From Flavobacteriales bacterium (lineage in GTDB: Bacteria; Bacteroidota; Bacteroidia; Flavobacteriales_F; PHOS-HE28), in the NCBI GenBank assembly GCA_019912395.1, contig JAIOIH010000085.1, positions 1,353-65,352 of the forward strand: a stretch of DNA of 64,000 bases. Reading direction: 5' to 3'. Of this stretch, positions 18,556-28,450 are shown piece by piece. Position numbers and translations under genes: made by a program. Below the pieces are notes generated by a model. It did no database searches and had not been told where the DNA came from. It saw only the letters and a list, made by a program, of their open reading frames with translations. Numbering within the stretch: position 1 is the first letter of the stretch; each line of letters opens with the position of its first letter.

Positions 18556-19419
18556 TCACGATCCGCTTGCACTGGGCCTATCCTCACCCACCCAAACGAT
18601 CCCCTGCTCCTCGATCCGCACCTTCCGGTCCTTGTACAGCGCTCCCAAGGCTTTCTTGAATGCCTTCTTGCTGATCCCGAACAGGCGGTAGATCTCCTCC
18701 GGCGAGCTTTTGTCCGTTAGCGGCAGAAAGCCCTCGTGCTGTTGCAAGCGCTTCGCCAGCAGCTCCACGTTCACATCGTTGTAGTGCGTGTAGCCGATCG
18801 CCTGCAGCGTGATGTCCAGCTTGTTGTCCGGACGCACCGTCTTGATGAAGCCGGTGATGCGGTCGCCGGTGGAGATGGGCCGGAAGACCTCGTTGGCGTG
18901 CACCAGGCCCTGGTGCTTACCGTTCACGATCACGGACCAACCGAGGTCACTGCGGCCGAAGACGAGCAATTCCACTTCATCGCCTTCCGCCACCGTCAGC
19001 ACCGAATTGTCCAGATGGCGTTCGATGCGCGTGCTGCCGTAGAGGCGGTCGGTCTGCTCGTCCAGCGCCATGTAGGTCACGTACCAGCGGCCTTCCTCCA
19101 ACTTCTTCTGTTGCTCCCGGAAGGGTACCAGCAGGTCCTTTTCCACCCCCCATTCCATGAAGGCGCCGAGCATGCTCACCTGGTTCACCCGCAGCGAAGC
19201 GAACTCGCCGATGTGGATCTTCGGCTCCAGCGTGGTGGCGATCTGGCGGTCCTCCGAGTCGCGGTAAACGAAGACGCGCAGGGTTTCGCCCTGGTCAAAA
19301 TGCGGCGGACAGTACTTGTTGGGCAATAGCACCTCACCCTCCTCGCCATCGCCGAGGAAAAGACCCACGCTGGTGCTGCGCAGGATGATGAGTTCTTGGT
19401 GTTGGCCGGTGTGGATCAC
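18556..19419 (-). CDS. S1-domain RNA-binding protein, CvfB/YitL family
   Basis: Tandem S1-like domains plus a C-terminal winged helix (…EEIYRLFGISKKAFKKALGALYKDRKV). Confidence 0.65.
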   Translation of the reverse strand: MIHTGQHQELIILRSTSVGLFLGDGEEGEVLLPNKYCPPHFDQGETLRVFVYRDSEDRQIATTLEPKIHIGEFASLRVNQVSMLGAFMEWGVEKDLLVPFREQQKKLEEGRWYVTYMALDEQTDRLYGSTRIERHLDNSVLTVAEGDEVELLVFGRSDLGWSVIVNGKHQGLVHANEVFRPISTGDRITGFIKTVRPDNKLDITLQAIGYTHYNDVNVELLAKRLQQHEGFLPLTDKSSPEEIYRLFGISKKAFKKALGALYKDRKVRIEEQGIVWVGEDRPSASGS

Positions 19420-19568
19420 GAGGGGCGAAAGTTAACGGGACCTGAAGGGATATTATTAAAGGTCCTTGCGCCAAGAAACGCGACGGGATCATCCCCATCT
19501 CTAGACTGCAGGACATACCGGCACGGTCATTGCCAAGCACCTACCTTCACGCACTAACAAAACAACGC

Positions 19569-20216
19569 ATGATATTTCGCACCCTTTTGGCCACCGGCCT
19601 GCTGGCGGCAGTTTCCTCCCTCCAAGCACAGGACTGGAGTTCCGACGTTTACCGCAGTGGTGAGCTCTATCCCGGTTACGTCATCGATGCTTCGGGAACG
19701 AAGATCGAGGGCTACATCAAGTATCAGAATCGATACACGATGCAGAATGAGGTGCAGTTCTACACGGACAAGGACGACAAGAAGAGCAAGGAGAAGTACA
19801 AGACGAGCGACCTCACTGAATACAAGGTGGCGGACAAGCTCTACCACTGCATTCATTACTCCGGAGGGCTGATGTCCAAGCCGGTGCGGGCCAATCTGGT
19901 GGTGACCGAGGGATGCATCACGGAGTACGTCTGGTACAACCGCGCGGACAATTACGCCATCATGCAGAAAGGGGCCAGCGAGACCGAGGAGGAGTTCATG
20001 GCACGCATGTACCCGAGCGTGATGGTGTTCAAGAAGAAGGGCGATGACGAGGTTCGTTCCTTGGACCAATTTGCCATGAAGTTCGCCAGCAAAATGAGTG
20101 AATACGTCAGTGACAACGCCGAGCTCTCCAAGAAGGTCGCGGACAAGGAAAAGGGCTACGGAATGCTGAACATTCAGCCCATCATCGCGGAGTACAACGC
20201 GGCTTGCACCGACTGA
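19569..20216 (+). CDS. Hypothetical secreted protein
   Basis: Signal peptide MIFRTLLATGLLAAVSSLQAQ. Lys/Glu-rich. Confidence 0.45.
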   Translation: MIFRTLLATGLLAAVSSLQAQDWSSDVYRSGELYPGYVIDASGTKIEGYIKYQNRYTMQNEVQFYTDKDDKKSKEKYKTSDLTEYKVADKLYHCIHYSGGLMSKPVRANLVVTEGCITEYVWYNRADNYAIMQKGASETEEEFMARMYPSVMVFKKKGDDEVRSLDQFAMKFASKMSEYVSDNAELSKKVADKEKGYGMLNIQPIIAEYNAACTD

Positions 20217-20217
20217 A

Positions 20218-21810
20218 GTGAAGGTCACCATCTCAATTGCCGCGTTGGTCCTGGGGACCGGCGTGGTGGCCCAAGAGCCGGTCTACCGTTGGGGGGCGCC
20301 CGCCACCAATGACCATACGGAACGGCGCATAGTGCAATTGCTCTCACTCGGCGATCAGGGCTTTGTGCTGCTGCGAACGGCGGAGGATGCCACCACGGTG
20401 AAGCACTACTGGCTGGAGCACTACGACGGAACGCTGCGCCAGACCGGTACGCAGGCGGTGCTGTTCAACGGAGGCGTTATGGGCGATGCCTTTTTCCTGG
20501 ACGCAGTGCGCTCCATCAACGGGGCACTCTTCGCCATGGTGAGCCATTGGGACAAGGCGGCTGGTGAGCACTCCTTGGCCATGCACACGCTCGGGTCGGA
20601 CGGTGTGCTCGGGGAAGGTCGCGTCCTGGACGTGATCAAGGCCGAAAAAATGGGCAACCGCGGCAACTTCATCACCGCCTTCAGTCCGGACGGCAACAAG
20701 CTGCTCGTGCTCTCGGAGCTGCCGTTTGAAAAGAAGGCCATGGAACAAGTGCGCCTCACGTGCTTGAGCCTGCCGAAATACGAGCAGCTTTGGCAACAGG
20801 AAAAGACCTTGGAATGGGAAGCCGATAGAGGTGCCCGTAATGAGGTGGTGTTGGATAATGCCGGGCATGCCTACCTGTTCAAGGAGACCTGGCAGAAGCC
20901 GGCCTGGGAATATGCCCTCTATGCCGTGGACGGTACCGGTGGATGGAAAGCGCATCGCCCGGCCGGCCTGCCAGGGAAGCAAGTGGAGGACCATCGCATG
21001 GCCATTGGCCCCGACGGTAACTGCTACCTATTCGCACTCTACACCACCGAGCCTTCGGCCTACAACAAGACGGTACACGGCAGCTGGTACGCACGCTTCG
21101 CTTCCAACGGATCGCTTGCGTTGGATAGGGTGGAGCCGTTGACCCGGGACATGGTCGCGGACCTCAGCGGGAACCGCGTGGCAGACAAGGAGGCTGGCGG
21201 CCATGTGGACGACCTGCACATCAAGGATATCCTGTACCGCACGGACGGGAAGTTCCTGGTACTGCTGGAGCAAATGGAGAGTTCAAGCAAGATGGTCGCG
21301 GGATCCTCCCCGATCCAGTTCACCTACGGCTGGGATTATCGGGATGCGGTGGCGCTTTGCGTGGAGCCTCGAAGCGGGGAGCCACAGTGGTGGCAGCACG
21401 TTGAAAAGCACCAAGAGCTGCGCAGCAATACTTCGGTGGATGAATACGGCTCGTTCGTGTACCACCTGAAGGAGGACCGCCTCTATGTCCTGTGGAACAA
21501 TACGGACCTCAGCGTGCCGTCGATACCGGCAGCCAACTGGACGGAACCCGATGGAACGCGCTATGTGAAGAACAAGGCCTTCGACAGCAAGACCGTGCAT
21601 GCCACCTTCATGCAGGTGATCGAGCCCGATGGCGCTCTGGCCTACGCGGACCGGAAATTCGGTCTACCGCTTTTCCACCTGCACGAAGGTGCCGTGTTCG
21701 AGATGAGCCTGACCACCCCGTTCTTCTTCGACCTGCACGGTGATCTGGTGGTGCTGGCGATGATGCACAACGGCGGCAAGCGCTATCGGTTCGGCTTTAT
21801 CGGACTTTAA
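20218..21810 (+). CDS. Hypothetical secreted protein (530 aa), immediately downstream of and probably co-transcribed with the previous gene
   Basis: Signal peptide MKVTISIAALVLGTGVVAQ. No family recognised. 2-bp gap from the upstream gene. Confidence 0.45.
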   Translation: MKVTISIAALVLGTGVVAQEPVYRWGAPATNDHTERRIVQLLSLGDQGFVLLRTAEDATTVKHYWLEHYDGTLRQTGTQAVLFNGGVMGDAFFLDAVRSINGALFAMVSHWDKAAGEHSLAMHTLGSDGVLGEGRVLDVIKAEKMGNRGNFITAFSPDGNKLLVLSELPFEKKAMEQVRLTCLSLPKYEQLWQQEKTLEWEADRGARNEVVLDNAGHAYLFKETWQKPAWEYALYAVDGTGGWKAHRPAGLPGKQVEDHRMAIGPDGNCYLFALYTTEPSAYNKTVHGSWYARFASNGSLALDRVEPLTRDMVADLSGNRVADKEAGGHVDDLHIKDILYRTDGKFLVLLEQMESSSKMVAGSSPIQFTYGWDYRDAVALCVEPRSGEPQWWQHVEKHQELRSNTSVDEYGSFVYHLKEDRLYVLWNNTDLSVPSIPAANWTEPDGTRYVKNKAFDSKTVHATFMQVIEPDGALAYADRKFGLPLFHLHEGAVFEMSLTTPFFFDLHGDLVVLAMMHNGGKRYRFGFIGL

Positions 21811-21843
21811 TGCGGCGTTGATGCGGTCAGTCTCGGGATCAGT

Positions 21844-23190
21844 TCAACTGCTGGGAGCCACCCAAGCTTTATAGCCCACGGGCTTGGCGGTGGCTTCTGC
21901 CCCGAAGAAGCGCTCGAAGACCAGGCAGGCCGTGAGGTCGCCCGTCACGTTCACCGCGGTGCGGAACATGCCCAGGATGCGGTCGATGCCGATGATCACG
22001 ATCAGGCCATCGAGCGGAATGCCCACGCTCTGCAGCACGGAGGCGAGGATGATGACACCACCGCCGGGAATGGCCGGCGTACCGATGGAGGCGGCCACCA
22101 CCGTGAAGGTGATCAACACCAGGTTCACCAAGCTGAGCTCGATGCCGTATGCCTGCGCCATGAACAAGGTGGTGACGCACTGGAAGAGCGCGGTGCCGTC
22201 CATGTTCACCGTGGCACCAACAGGAATGATGAAGTCGCTGATGTGCGGCGATACGCCGAGCTTCTGGTTGGCGGTCTTCATGGATACCGGCATCACCGCT
22301 GCGGAACTGGCTGTGGAAAAGGCCAGCAATTGCGGTTCGCGGATGGCACCGAAGAATTTGAAGGGGTTCTTTTTCGCCACCAGGAAGACGATCAGCATGT
22401 AGCACGCCAAGAGGATCGCCAGGCCGGTGACCACCACGATCATGTAATAGCCCAGCCCCAGGAAGATCTCCATCCCGATCCGCGAGACCAGCGCAGCCAT
22501 CAGGCCGAACACGGCATAAGGGACGAGCATCATGGCCCAGGAGACCACGATCATGCAGATCTTCTGCAGGGCCTCGGTGAAGCGGATCAGCGGGCGGGCG
22601 GTCTCCTCCCGCAGTTGGGTGATGGCCACGCCGATGATGATGGTGAAGATCACCACGCCCAGCATCTCACCCATCAGGATGGACTCCAGCGGATTGTTCG
22701 GGATCAAATTGGAGATCGCCTTGGGGATGTTCTCCGCCAGACCGACCTGCGCCTCCGGGATCAGCTCCTCGCCACCGCTGTTGGGCAGGCCACCCAGGGA
22801 GCGCACGTACGCGCCGGGCTTCATGATCAGCGCCACCCCAAGCCCGATGGTGATGGCGATGGTGGTGGAGAGGATGAAGTAGGACAGCAGCCAAAGGCCG
22901 AAGGTCTTCAGGTTGTCCGAAGTGTTGCCCACGATCCCGGAGATGATGGAAGCGAAGATCAAGGGGATCATCACCATCTGGACCAAGCGCATGAACACAT
23001 GCCCGGGAAGGTCCAGCCAGTTGGCCAGCCAGGCCCCAAAGCTCTCGGAGACCAGACCCGTGGAGGGATTCAGCAGGACCCCCACTCCCGAACCCAAAAC
23101 GAGCCCGATGATCACCTTGAGCCAAAGACGACCCTCGGTCAATCGATCCAGGTAGATGGCCAAGGTGGTCAAAGGCCGGAATCTCAACAT
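21844..23190 (-). CDS. Dicarboxylate/amino-acid:cation symporter (DAACS, GltP/GltT family)
   Basis: Reentrant-loop motifs and the ...GIDRILGMFRTAVNVTGDLTACLVFERF C-terminus. Confidence 0.8.
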   Translation of the reverse strand: MLRFRPLTTLAIYLDRLTEGRLWLKVIIGLVLGSGVGVLLNPSTGLVSESFGAWLANWLDLPGHVFMRLVQMVMIPLIFASIISGIVGNTSDNLKTFGLWLLSYFILSTTIAITIGLGVALIMKPGAYVRSLGGLPNSGGEELIPEAQVGLAENIPKAISNLIPNNPLESILMGEMLGVVIFTIIIGVAITQLREETARPLIRFTEALQKICMIVVSWAMMLVPYAVFGLMAALVSRIGMEIFLGLGYYMIVVVTGLAILLACYMLIVFLVAKKNPFKFFGAIREPQLLAFSTASSAAVMPVSMKTANQKLGVSPHISDFIIPVGATVNMDGTALFQCVTTLFMAQAYGIELSLVNLVLITFTVVAASIGTPAIPGGGVIILASVLQSVGIPLDGLIVIIGIDRILGMFRTAVNVTGDLTACLVFERFFGAEATAKPVGYKAWVAPSS

Positions 23191-23385
23191 GACGTTCGGA
23201 TCGGAAGGGGTGCGTGCAAGTGAATGGTGATGGCAGCAATATATATCGCTCCGGACAGGTGATCACCCTTGCTGGAAGATGTTGCCTGCCGTTTTGCCGG
23301 TCTTGAGCAAGCCAACAATGGCGGGAAGGACCATGAACTCAACCCGCGCTAGCGTGCGGCTCTTTACCGAGTGCCTTGCCAACTC

Positions 23386-23943
23386 TCACACCCGCAACAC
23401 CCCACGAAAGCCCCGCGCCGCATAGTACGAATGCGCTCCATTGTGGTAGGTGAACACATGGCCGTAGCGGCGGTCGCAGAAGAGCGCGCCGCCGAGCTTG
23501 CGGATCGCAGGCGGTGTGAGCACCCAGCTCGAGGTCTTCAGGTCGAACTCGCCGAGCTTTTGCAGTTCGCGGTATTGCTCTTCCGTCATTAGTTCGATGC
23601 CCATCTCAGCGGCCATGTCCACTGCGCTATTGGCAGGCCGGTGTTCCTTCCGGCTCTCCAGGCCTTCGCGGTCGTAGCAGATGCTGCGTCGCCCTTTCGG
23701 ACTTTCCGCCGAGCAATCCATGAAGATGAGCGCGCCGCTCTTCTTGTCGTGGCCCACAACGTCCGGTTCGCCGCCGGTCTCCTCCATGGCATCCAGTGCG
23801 CGCTGCTTTTCCGGATGTGCTTTCAGCCTCGTTTCCACTTCAGCCCATTGCACGCCTTTGTGGCGGTGCATGTTCTGCTCGAAACGAGTTTGCAATGCTT
23901 GAAGCAAGGCATGTCGTTGTTCCGCTGGAAGGCTTCTGCTCAT
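23386..23943 (-). CDS. DUF4256 family protein
   Basis: MSRSLPAEQRHALLQALQTRFEQNMHRH... about 185 aa; start trimmed. Confidence 0.5.
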   Translation of the reverse strand: MSRSLPAEQRHALLQALQTRFEQNMHRHKGVQWAEVETRLKAHPEKQRALDAMEETGGEPDVVGHDKKSGALIFMDCSAESPKGRRSICYDREGLESRKEHRPANSAVDMAAEMGIELMTEEQYRELQKLGEFDLKTSSWVLTPPAIRKLGGALFCDRRYGHVFTYHNGAHSYYAARGFRGVLRV

Positions 23944-23995
23944 TGGATCCGGTATCGCGATTTTTGAGAGGAAGTGGTCGGCCTTTGGATGCACG

Positions 23996-25711
23996 CTACC
24001 ATCCGCCTCCGCCTCCGCCGCCGCCGCCACCGCCGGAGAACCCGCCTCCACCGGAACCTCCGCTGCTGGAGGGAGGTGTGCTGGAGGACCGGAAGCTGTT
24101 CGAAAGCGAGCTGTTCATGTGTTGCGAGAACACGCCGTAGTTCATCACCGAACCGCTGTACCAAGTGGGATGGTAGCTCTGGTCCACCAAGGCCTTTCCG
24201 ATCATGTCCTGAAAGCGGTCGCCCCAGATCTTTTCCACCTTGAACGCGATGGCGTAGGGGAGATATTTCTCAAATATCTCCGGCGTTATCTGCGGGGGAT
24301 TGAAGTGCTGGAGCTGTTTTTCCTCCGCCGCGCTCAAGTACATTTTGAACCCCAGCAGCTGAGCCCGCAAGGCCTGCTTCTCACCGCTCGGCCTTTTGAT
24401 CAGATACGTGTACAACAGGAACAGAAGGATGTTCACCACCACGAAAGCGATCAAGTAGATCACATCGTTATCTCCCCAGAATGCATTGTGCATGACGAGA
24501 AGGATCACTGCGCATAGGATGACGGTAAGTATCGGGATCAGCCAGAACTTCACGTTGTTGCCCTTGTTCAGCAATGCGTTCCACTGCGAGGTGAGCGCTT
24601 TCTTGAACGAGGTGGCCATGTTCTTCACCTGCACATCATAGGTGCCGTCAAAGTCAAAGCTCTTTTGGCCTCCGCCATACATGCGATCGTAGATGTCCTG
24701 CTCCTCCTTGGGCAGGCCCACAGCGTCATTCAACTTCACGATGGAATAGGTCTGCTTGGTGATCAGGCCCAGCAGCTGTTTCTCCTTGTGCTCATCGATC
24801 CGGACCAGTCCTTTCACGGCCAGGTTGATCATCGCAGGGGTGATCAACGAATTCTGGAAACCTCCGTCGATCACCATGCCCACGGAAGCGGGGGACATGT
24901 TCCCTGGCGGTTCGAACAACGGGATCACGGTGGGCATGTCCGGGTCCTTCCCGAAGCGGAACCACGTGATGAAATAGTAGAGCAGGAGCAGCAGGGTGAT
25001 GGCACCTGCGACCAGCGGCACGGCAAATTGCTCGAAGAACGTCGGCGGCGGGGGCGGGGCTACCACGCCCTTTTGGAATCCCACGGCCACGGTCATCCCT
25101 TCATAGGGGTACAAGCTGCGCCCTTGGAAATTGACGGTGGGTCCATCGGCTTCGGACGCGGTGCAATCGCTGGCCGTGGAGCCGTAGCTGCCCGTATAGC
25201 ATGCGGTCTGCTTCACCTGGGCCGAGGCCGGCAGATGAACGCTCGCCGAAATGCTATCGACCGCGAAGTTCCAGCCGTTGCCGTTGACGTTCCAGTAGAT
25301 CTCATCATAGTCTTCGAAGAAACCCACTTGTCCTTTTGTGGTGTACGTGATCCGGTACCGGTAGTCCCCGGGCCGGAGCAAGGTGTTCTTGTCGCCGACA
25401 TAAATGAGGAGGTTCCCGCCTTCCCTCTTGGTGAAGTAGGGAGCGTCCGCACCGTCCATCCGGACCTCGCTGACGTCATACCTCACTTTTGTCTTCCTGC
25501 CGTTGTGGTCCTCGAACGAAAGCGGCAGCGTACGCACGATCCCGCGCTTGAACTCGATGCCCTCCACGTGCGCATTGATGATTTCCGTCAGCGTCAATCG
25601 CCCATCGGGGGCAACGGTGAGGTCCGTGTGGAAGGAATTGAGCTTTTCATGCTGGCCGTACGTGGGCAGCACGCCAAGCACGAAGGCCAGCAGCAGCCAG
25701 CTCCGCATCAC
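23996..25711 (-). CDS. DUF2207 family membrane protein with a Gly-rich C-terminal tail
   Basis: Signal peptide, a large extracytoplasmic domain, 3 TM segments, and C-terminus ...SGGSGGGGFSGGGGGGGGGGGW. Confidence 0.65.
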   Translation of the reverse strand: MMRSWLLLAFVLGVLPTYGQHEKLNSFHTDLTVAPDGRLTLTEIINAHVEGIEFKRGIVRTLPLSFEDHNGRKTKVRYDVSEVRMDGADAPYFTKREGGNLLIYVGDKNTLLRPGDYRYRITYTTKGQVGFFEDYDEIYWNVNGNGWNFAVDSISASVHLPASAQVKQTACYTGSYGSTASDCTASEADGPTVNFQGRSLYPYEGMTVAVGFQKGVVAPPPPPTFFEQFAVPLVAGAITLLLLLYYFITWFRFGKDPDMPTVIPLFEPPGNMSPASVGMVIDGGFQNSLITPAMINLAVKGLVRIDEHKEKQLLGLITKQTYSIVKLNDAVGLPKEEQDIYDRMYGGGQKSFDFDGTYDVQVKNMATSFKKALTSQWNALLNKGNNVKFWLIPILTVILCAVILLVMHNAFWGDNDVIYLIAFVVVNILLFLLYTYLIKRPSGEKQALRAQLLGFKMYLSAAEEKQLQHFNPPQITPEIFEKYLPYAIAFKVEKIWGDRFQDMIGKALVDQSYHPTWYSGSVMNYGVFSQHMNSSLSNSFRSSSTPPSSSGGSGGGGFSGGGGGGGGGGGW

Positions 25712-26265
25712 GAGAACTTGACGGAAGGTGCCTGCTTCTCGGCCTGGTCCTCCAGTTCGAAGAACGCGGACTTGGCGAAGCCGAACGCGTTTGCGACGAT
25801 GTTGCTCGGGAACGTTTCGATCAGCGTGTTCTGATCGCGCACATTGCCATTGTAGTACCGCCGCGATTTTTCGATATCACCTTCCACTTCGGCCAGCTTC
25901 TGTTGAAGGTCCAGGAAGCTGGCGTTCGCCTTCAGGTCCGGATAGCGTTCCGCCACCGCCATCAGGTTCACCAGCGAGCCTTTCAGTGCATTCTCCGCCG
26001 CCTGCTGGCCCTCCACCGTGGTGGCCTGCTGCGCTGCGGCCCGCGCACGGGTCACGTTCTCGAACGTCTCCTTCTCATGGGTGGCATAGCCCTTCACCGT
26101 CTCCACCAGATTCGGGATCAGGTCGTAGCGCTTCTTCAGCTGCACATCGATCCCGCTCCACGCCTCGGCCACCAGGTTCTTCAGCTTGACCAAGCGGTTG
26201 TAGATGCCAATGGCGTAGAAGGCCACGAGTACGACCAGTGCAACGAGAATGGCGATTGCTATCAT
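25708..26265 (-). CDS. LemA family protein
   Basis: N-terminal TM plus ...YNRLVKLKNLVAEAWSGIDVQLKKRYDLIPNLVETVKGYATHEKETF... Overlaps the DUF2207 gene by 4 bp; this pairing is canonical. Confidence 0.8.
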   Translation of the reverse strand: MIAIAILVALVVLVAFYAIGIYNRLVKLKNLVAEAWSGIDVQLKKRYDLIPNLVETVKGYATHEKETFENVTRARAAAQQATTVEGQQAAENALKGSLVNLMAVAERYPDLKANASFLDLQQKLAEVEGDIEKSRRYYNGNVRDQNTLIETFPSNIVANAFGFAKSAFFELEDQAEKQAPSVKFS

Positions 26266-26506
26266 GTGGTGGAGATTGGTCTTGGTGATGGAATGGACTC
26301 AGGCCCCAAGGATCGATCCGGCGCCGTTGAATGGAGATCGAAGATAGGGGGCTGTGCGAATTGGTCCTGAATTCCGTTCACGGACAGGGCCGGAGGACTG
26401 ACCGGTGCAAAGGCAACGGAGGGTCACGCCGCAAGTGGTTTTGGCTTACCTGAGCGCGGGTCATTCATGGTTGGCCGCCTGACGAAAGGGTGGTCAACGG
26501 TTTCCA

Positions 26507-27022
26507 CTAAGGATAATGCGGTAGAAACTGCCTTCCTTTCGCCATGCGCGGACGGTGCAGAACGAACCTGAGACCGACTGGCGTACAGTCGCACGCATTA
26601 GGTATAGCGGTTGTTGGTGGCTGTGGTTCTTTTTCATTCAGATACTGTCCAATTCCGTAGGTCAACTGAAAGCCAAACCCCAACTCTTCAGATGTGAAAT
26701 TCACGAACGGCTTGTCAGGGTCGTTATAAATTAAGAGTGCTCCAACTTTGTCTTTGCCGTCATACAAGTTCACTTGGATGTCCGCTTGGAATTTTCGTTG
26801 ATGTTCTGGTTGAACGTTTCGTTTTAAGATTTCCTTGAAATTGTCGATCTGTGCTTTTTCTAATTCAATAATTGTGTCTTGATTTATGTATTCAACAGTT
26901 ACGCGATTGACTTTGTCAACCGTACTGTAATAGTGAACTTTTCTTTCATCCATGCAGGAGCTGAAAACCACTAATGAAAACAGAACCCAAATGAAAGGAT
27001 TTTTCAAGCTGTCGCGTCCCAT
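26507..27022 (-). CDS. Small lipoprotein encoded in an AT-rich (35-45% GC) segment; the ORF reads through into GC-rich DNA at its 3' end
   Basis: MGRDSLKNPFIWVLFSLVVFSSC lipobox. A composition shift at about 26640 splits the ORF. Confidence 0.4.
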   Translation of the reverse strand: MGRDSLKNPFIWVLFSLVVFSSCMDERKVHYYSTVDKVNRVTVEYINQDTIIELEKAQIDNFKEILKRNVQPEHQRKFQADIQVNLYDGKDKVGALLIYNDPDKPFVNFTSEELGFGFQLTYGIGQYLNEKEPQPPTTAIPNACDCTPVGLRFVLHRPRMAKGRQFLPHYP

Positions 27023-27386
27023 TTATATCATTGCCACCAACTACTCGGTTGTACACATACGTGGTTTATTTCTCCTTCAGATTGTGAGGGGGAGTGGTTA
27101 TTATTTCACAATTGGGGAGTGAAAAGCCACATAGGGGCATCGCAGGTCCAAATTGCCCTGCGGACCGTGGGTCCTGCCAAATGCCGTTGTGCTGACATGG
27201 GTGCTTGCCTTGGAGGCATTGCTGGAACTGATGTCCAACAAATGCGAATGTAATGCAAGGACATGTCGGTAGAGCACACCGCCTCACCACCAAACCGACC
27301 TCGAAACTGGCGCGACCCTGGGTCTGCCAGCGATGGTATTTCGCGGTTCGCGGTCGTGACCTACAGCTTCCTCCACAGCGATCCGC

Positions 27387-27728
27387 TCAATACGCCAAGG
27401 CATCCAAAGTGTCCGCATAGGTAATGCCGAGGTGCGCTGCGACATGGACACACTTACCATCGCGGATCACCAAGACCTGCGGGGACTCATGCTCCACGCC
27501 GTAGCGCTCCGCGATGGCATTGGAGATGTCGCGATGGGCGAGCAGGTCCAGGTGGAAGATGGTTTGTGCGGCATCATCGGACGGGGTCCATGCGCGTTCC
27601 AAGCGGTTCAAGGCCCCGGAACTGATGTTGCACCGGGTGCTGTGCTTGAAGATGAGCACGGGCTTATGCCGTGATGCGGCATCGACCTCATCGAGCTGGG
27701 CAAGGGTGGTAAGTGGGATCCAATCCAT
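27387..27728 (-). CDS. YtxJ-like (DUF2847) thioredoxin-fold monothiol protein
   Basis: HSTRCNIS motif (T-C-x-I-S) within an approximately 110-aa thioredoxin-like protein. Confidence 0.6.
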   Translation of the reverse strand: MDWIPLTTLAQLDEVDAASRHKPVLIFKHSTRCNISSGALNRLERAWTPSDDAAQTIFHLDLLAHRDISNAIAERYGVEHESPQVLVIRDGKCVHVAAHLGITYADTLDALAY

Positions 27729-27810
27729 GGATCCGAAGGTAGGGCACGCGCCCGGACAAGGCATTGATGATCATCATCCCAAATGCCCGAAGGGCTCATC
27801 GCGCCGACCG

Positions 27811-28323
27811 CTAGTTGGCCACGATGTCACCATCGCTCCGCCGGACCAGGCGGCGATCGTAGCGCACCTTCATCAGGCCTGTCCCGTTGAGGAAGCTGAT
27901 GATGCCCACGGGTGCGGCATAGTGCAGCCGCTTGTCCGGCAGCTCGGGGGTCATCTGCACGGCGAAGCGGAGCATCTTGTTCTTCCTCACCGCTTCGCGG
28001 GTGATGTTCGCATTGTGTGTGTCTACCAGGACCTCCTTGGTGAGGTAGCCATCCTTCTCGAAGCGGAGGTATGCCTTGTTGCCGGCCTCCAACACCAGTT
28101 CAAACCGACCGTTGGAATGCACCACCAAGGGTACGCAGTAGTGGTTGTCCACTTCCACCACTTCCAAGGTGCCACTGCGTGCGGTGTCGCTCACCAGCAC
28201 TTGGCCCCGGATCATAACCTTGTCGGTATGCTTCTGGGCCGAGCCGGTTGGTGCGATGCAGGTGGCGATGGCGAAAACGGCAACGAAGCGGAGACTTGGG
28301 CGGGGGAGGTTCCGGGTTTTCAT
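27811..28323 (-). CDS. Hypothetical secreted/lipoprotein (carboxypeptidase-regulatory-like beta-sandwich?)
   Basis: Signal peptide MKTRNLPRPSLRFVAVFAIATCIAPTGSAQ. Confidence 0.4.
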   Translation of the reverse strand: MKTRNLPRPSLRFVAVFAIATCIAPTGSAQKHTDKVMIRGQVLVSDTARSGTLEVVEVDNHYCVPLVVHSNGRFELVLEAGNKAYLRFEKDGYLTKEVLVDTHNANITREAVRKNKMLRFAVQMTPELPDKRLHYAAPVGIISFLNGTGLMKVRYDRRLVRRSDGDIVAN

Positions 28324-28450
28324 CGTTCGTGGTACTTGGAGTGCGACTACAGGTACAAAGCTCCGCACGCAACACTGCAGCTACAATACCCACAATTAAG
28401 GATTTTGATCCCCTCGCCGACGTGGTTACCCCGCACATGAGGCCACCTCC

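Noticed and set aside
22243-23223. 326-aa plus-strand ORF opposite the DAACS transporter gene
   Set aside because: It is antisense to a CDS with clear transporter motifs. The product is a Gly/Asp/His-rich low-complexity sequence.
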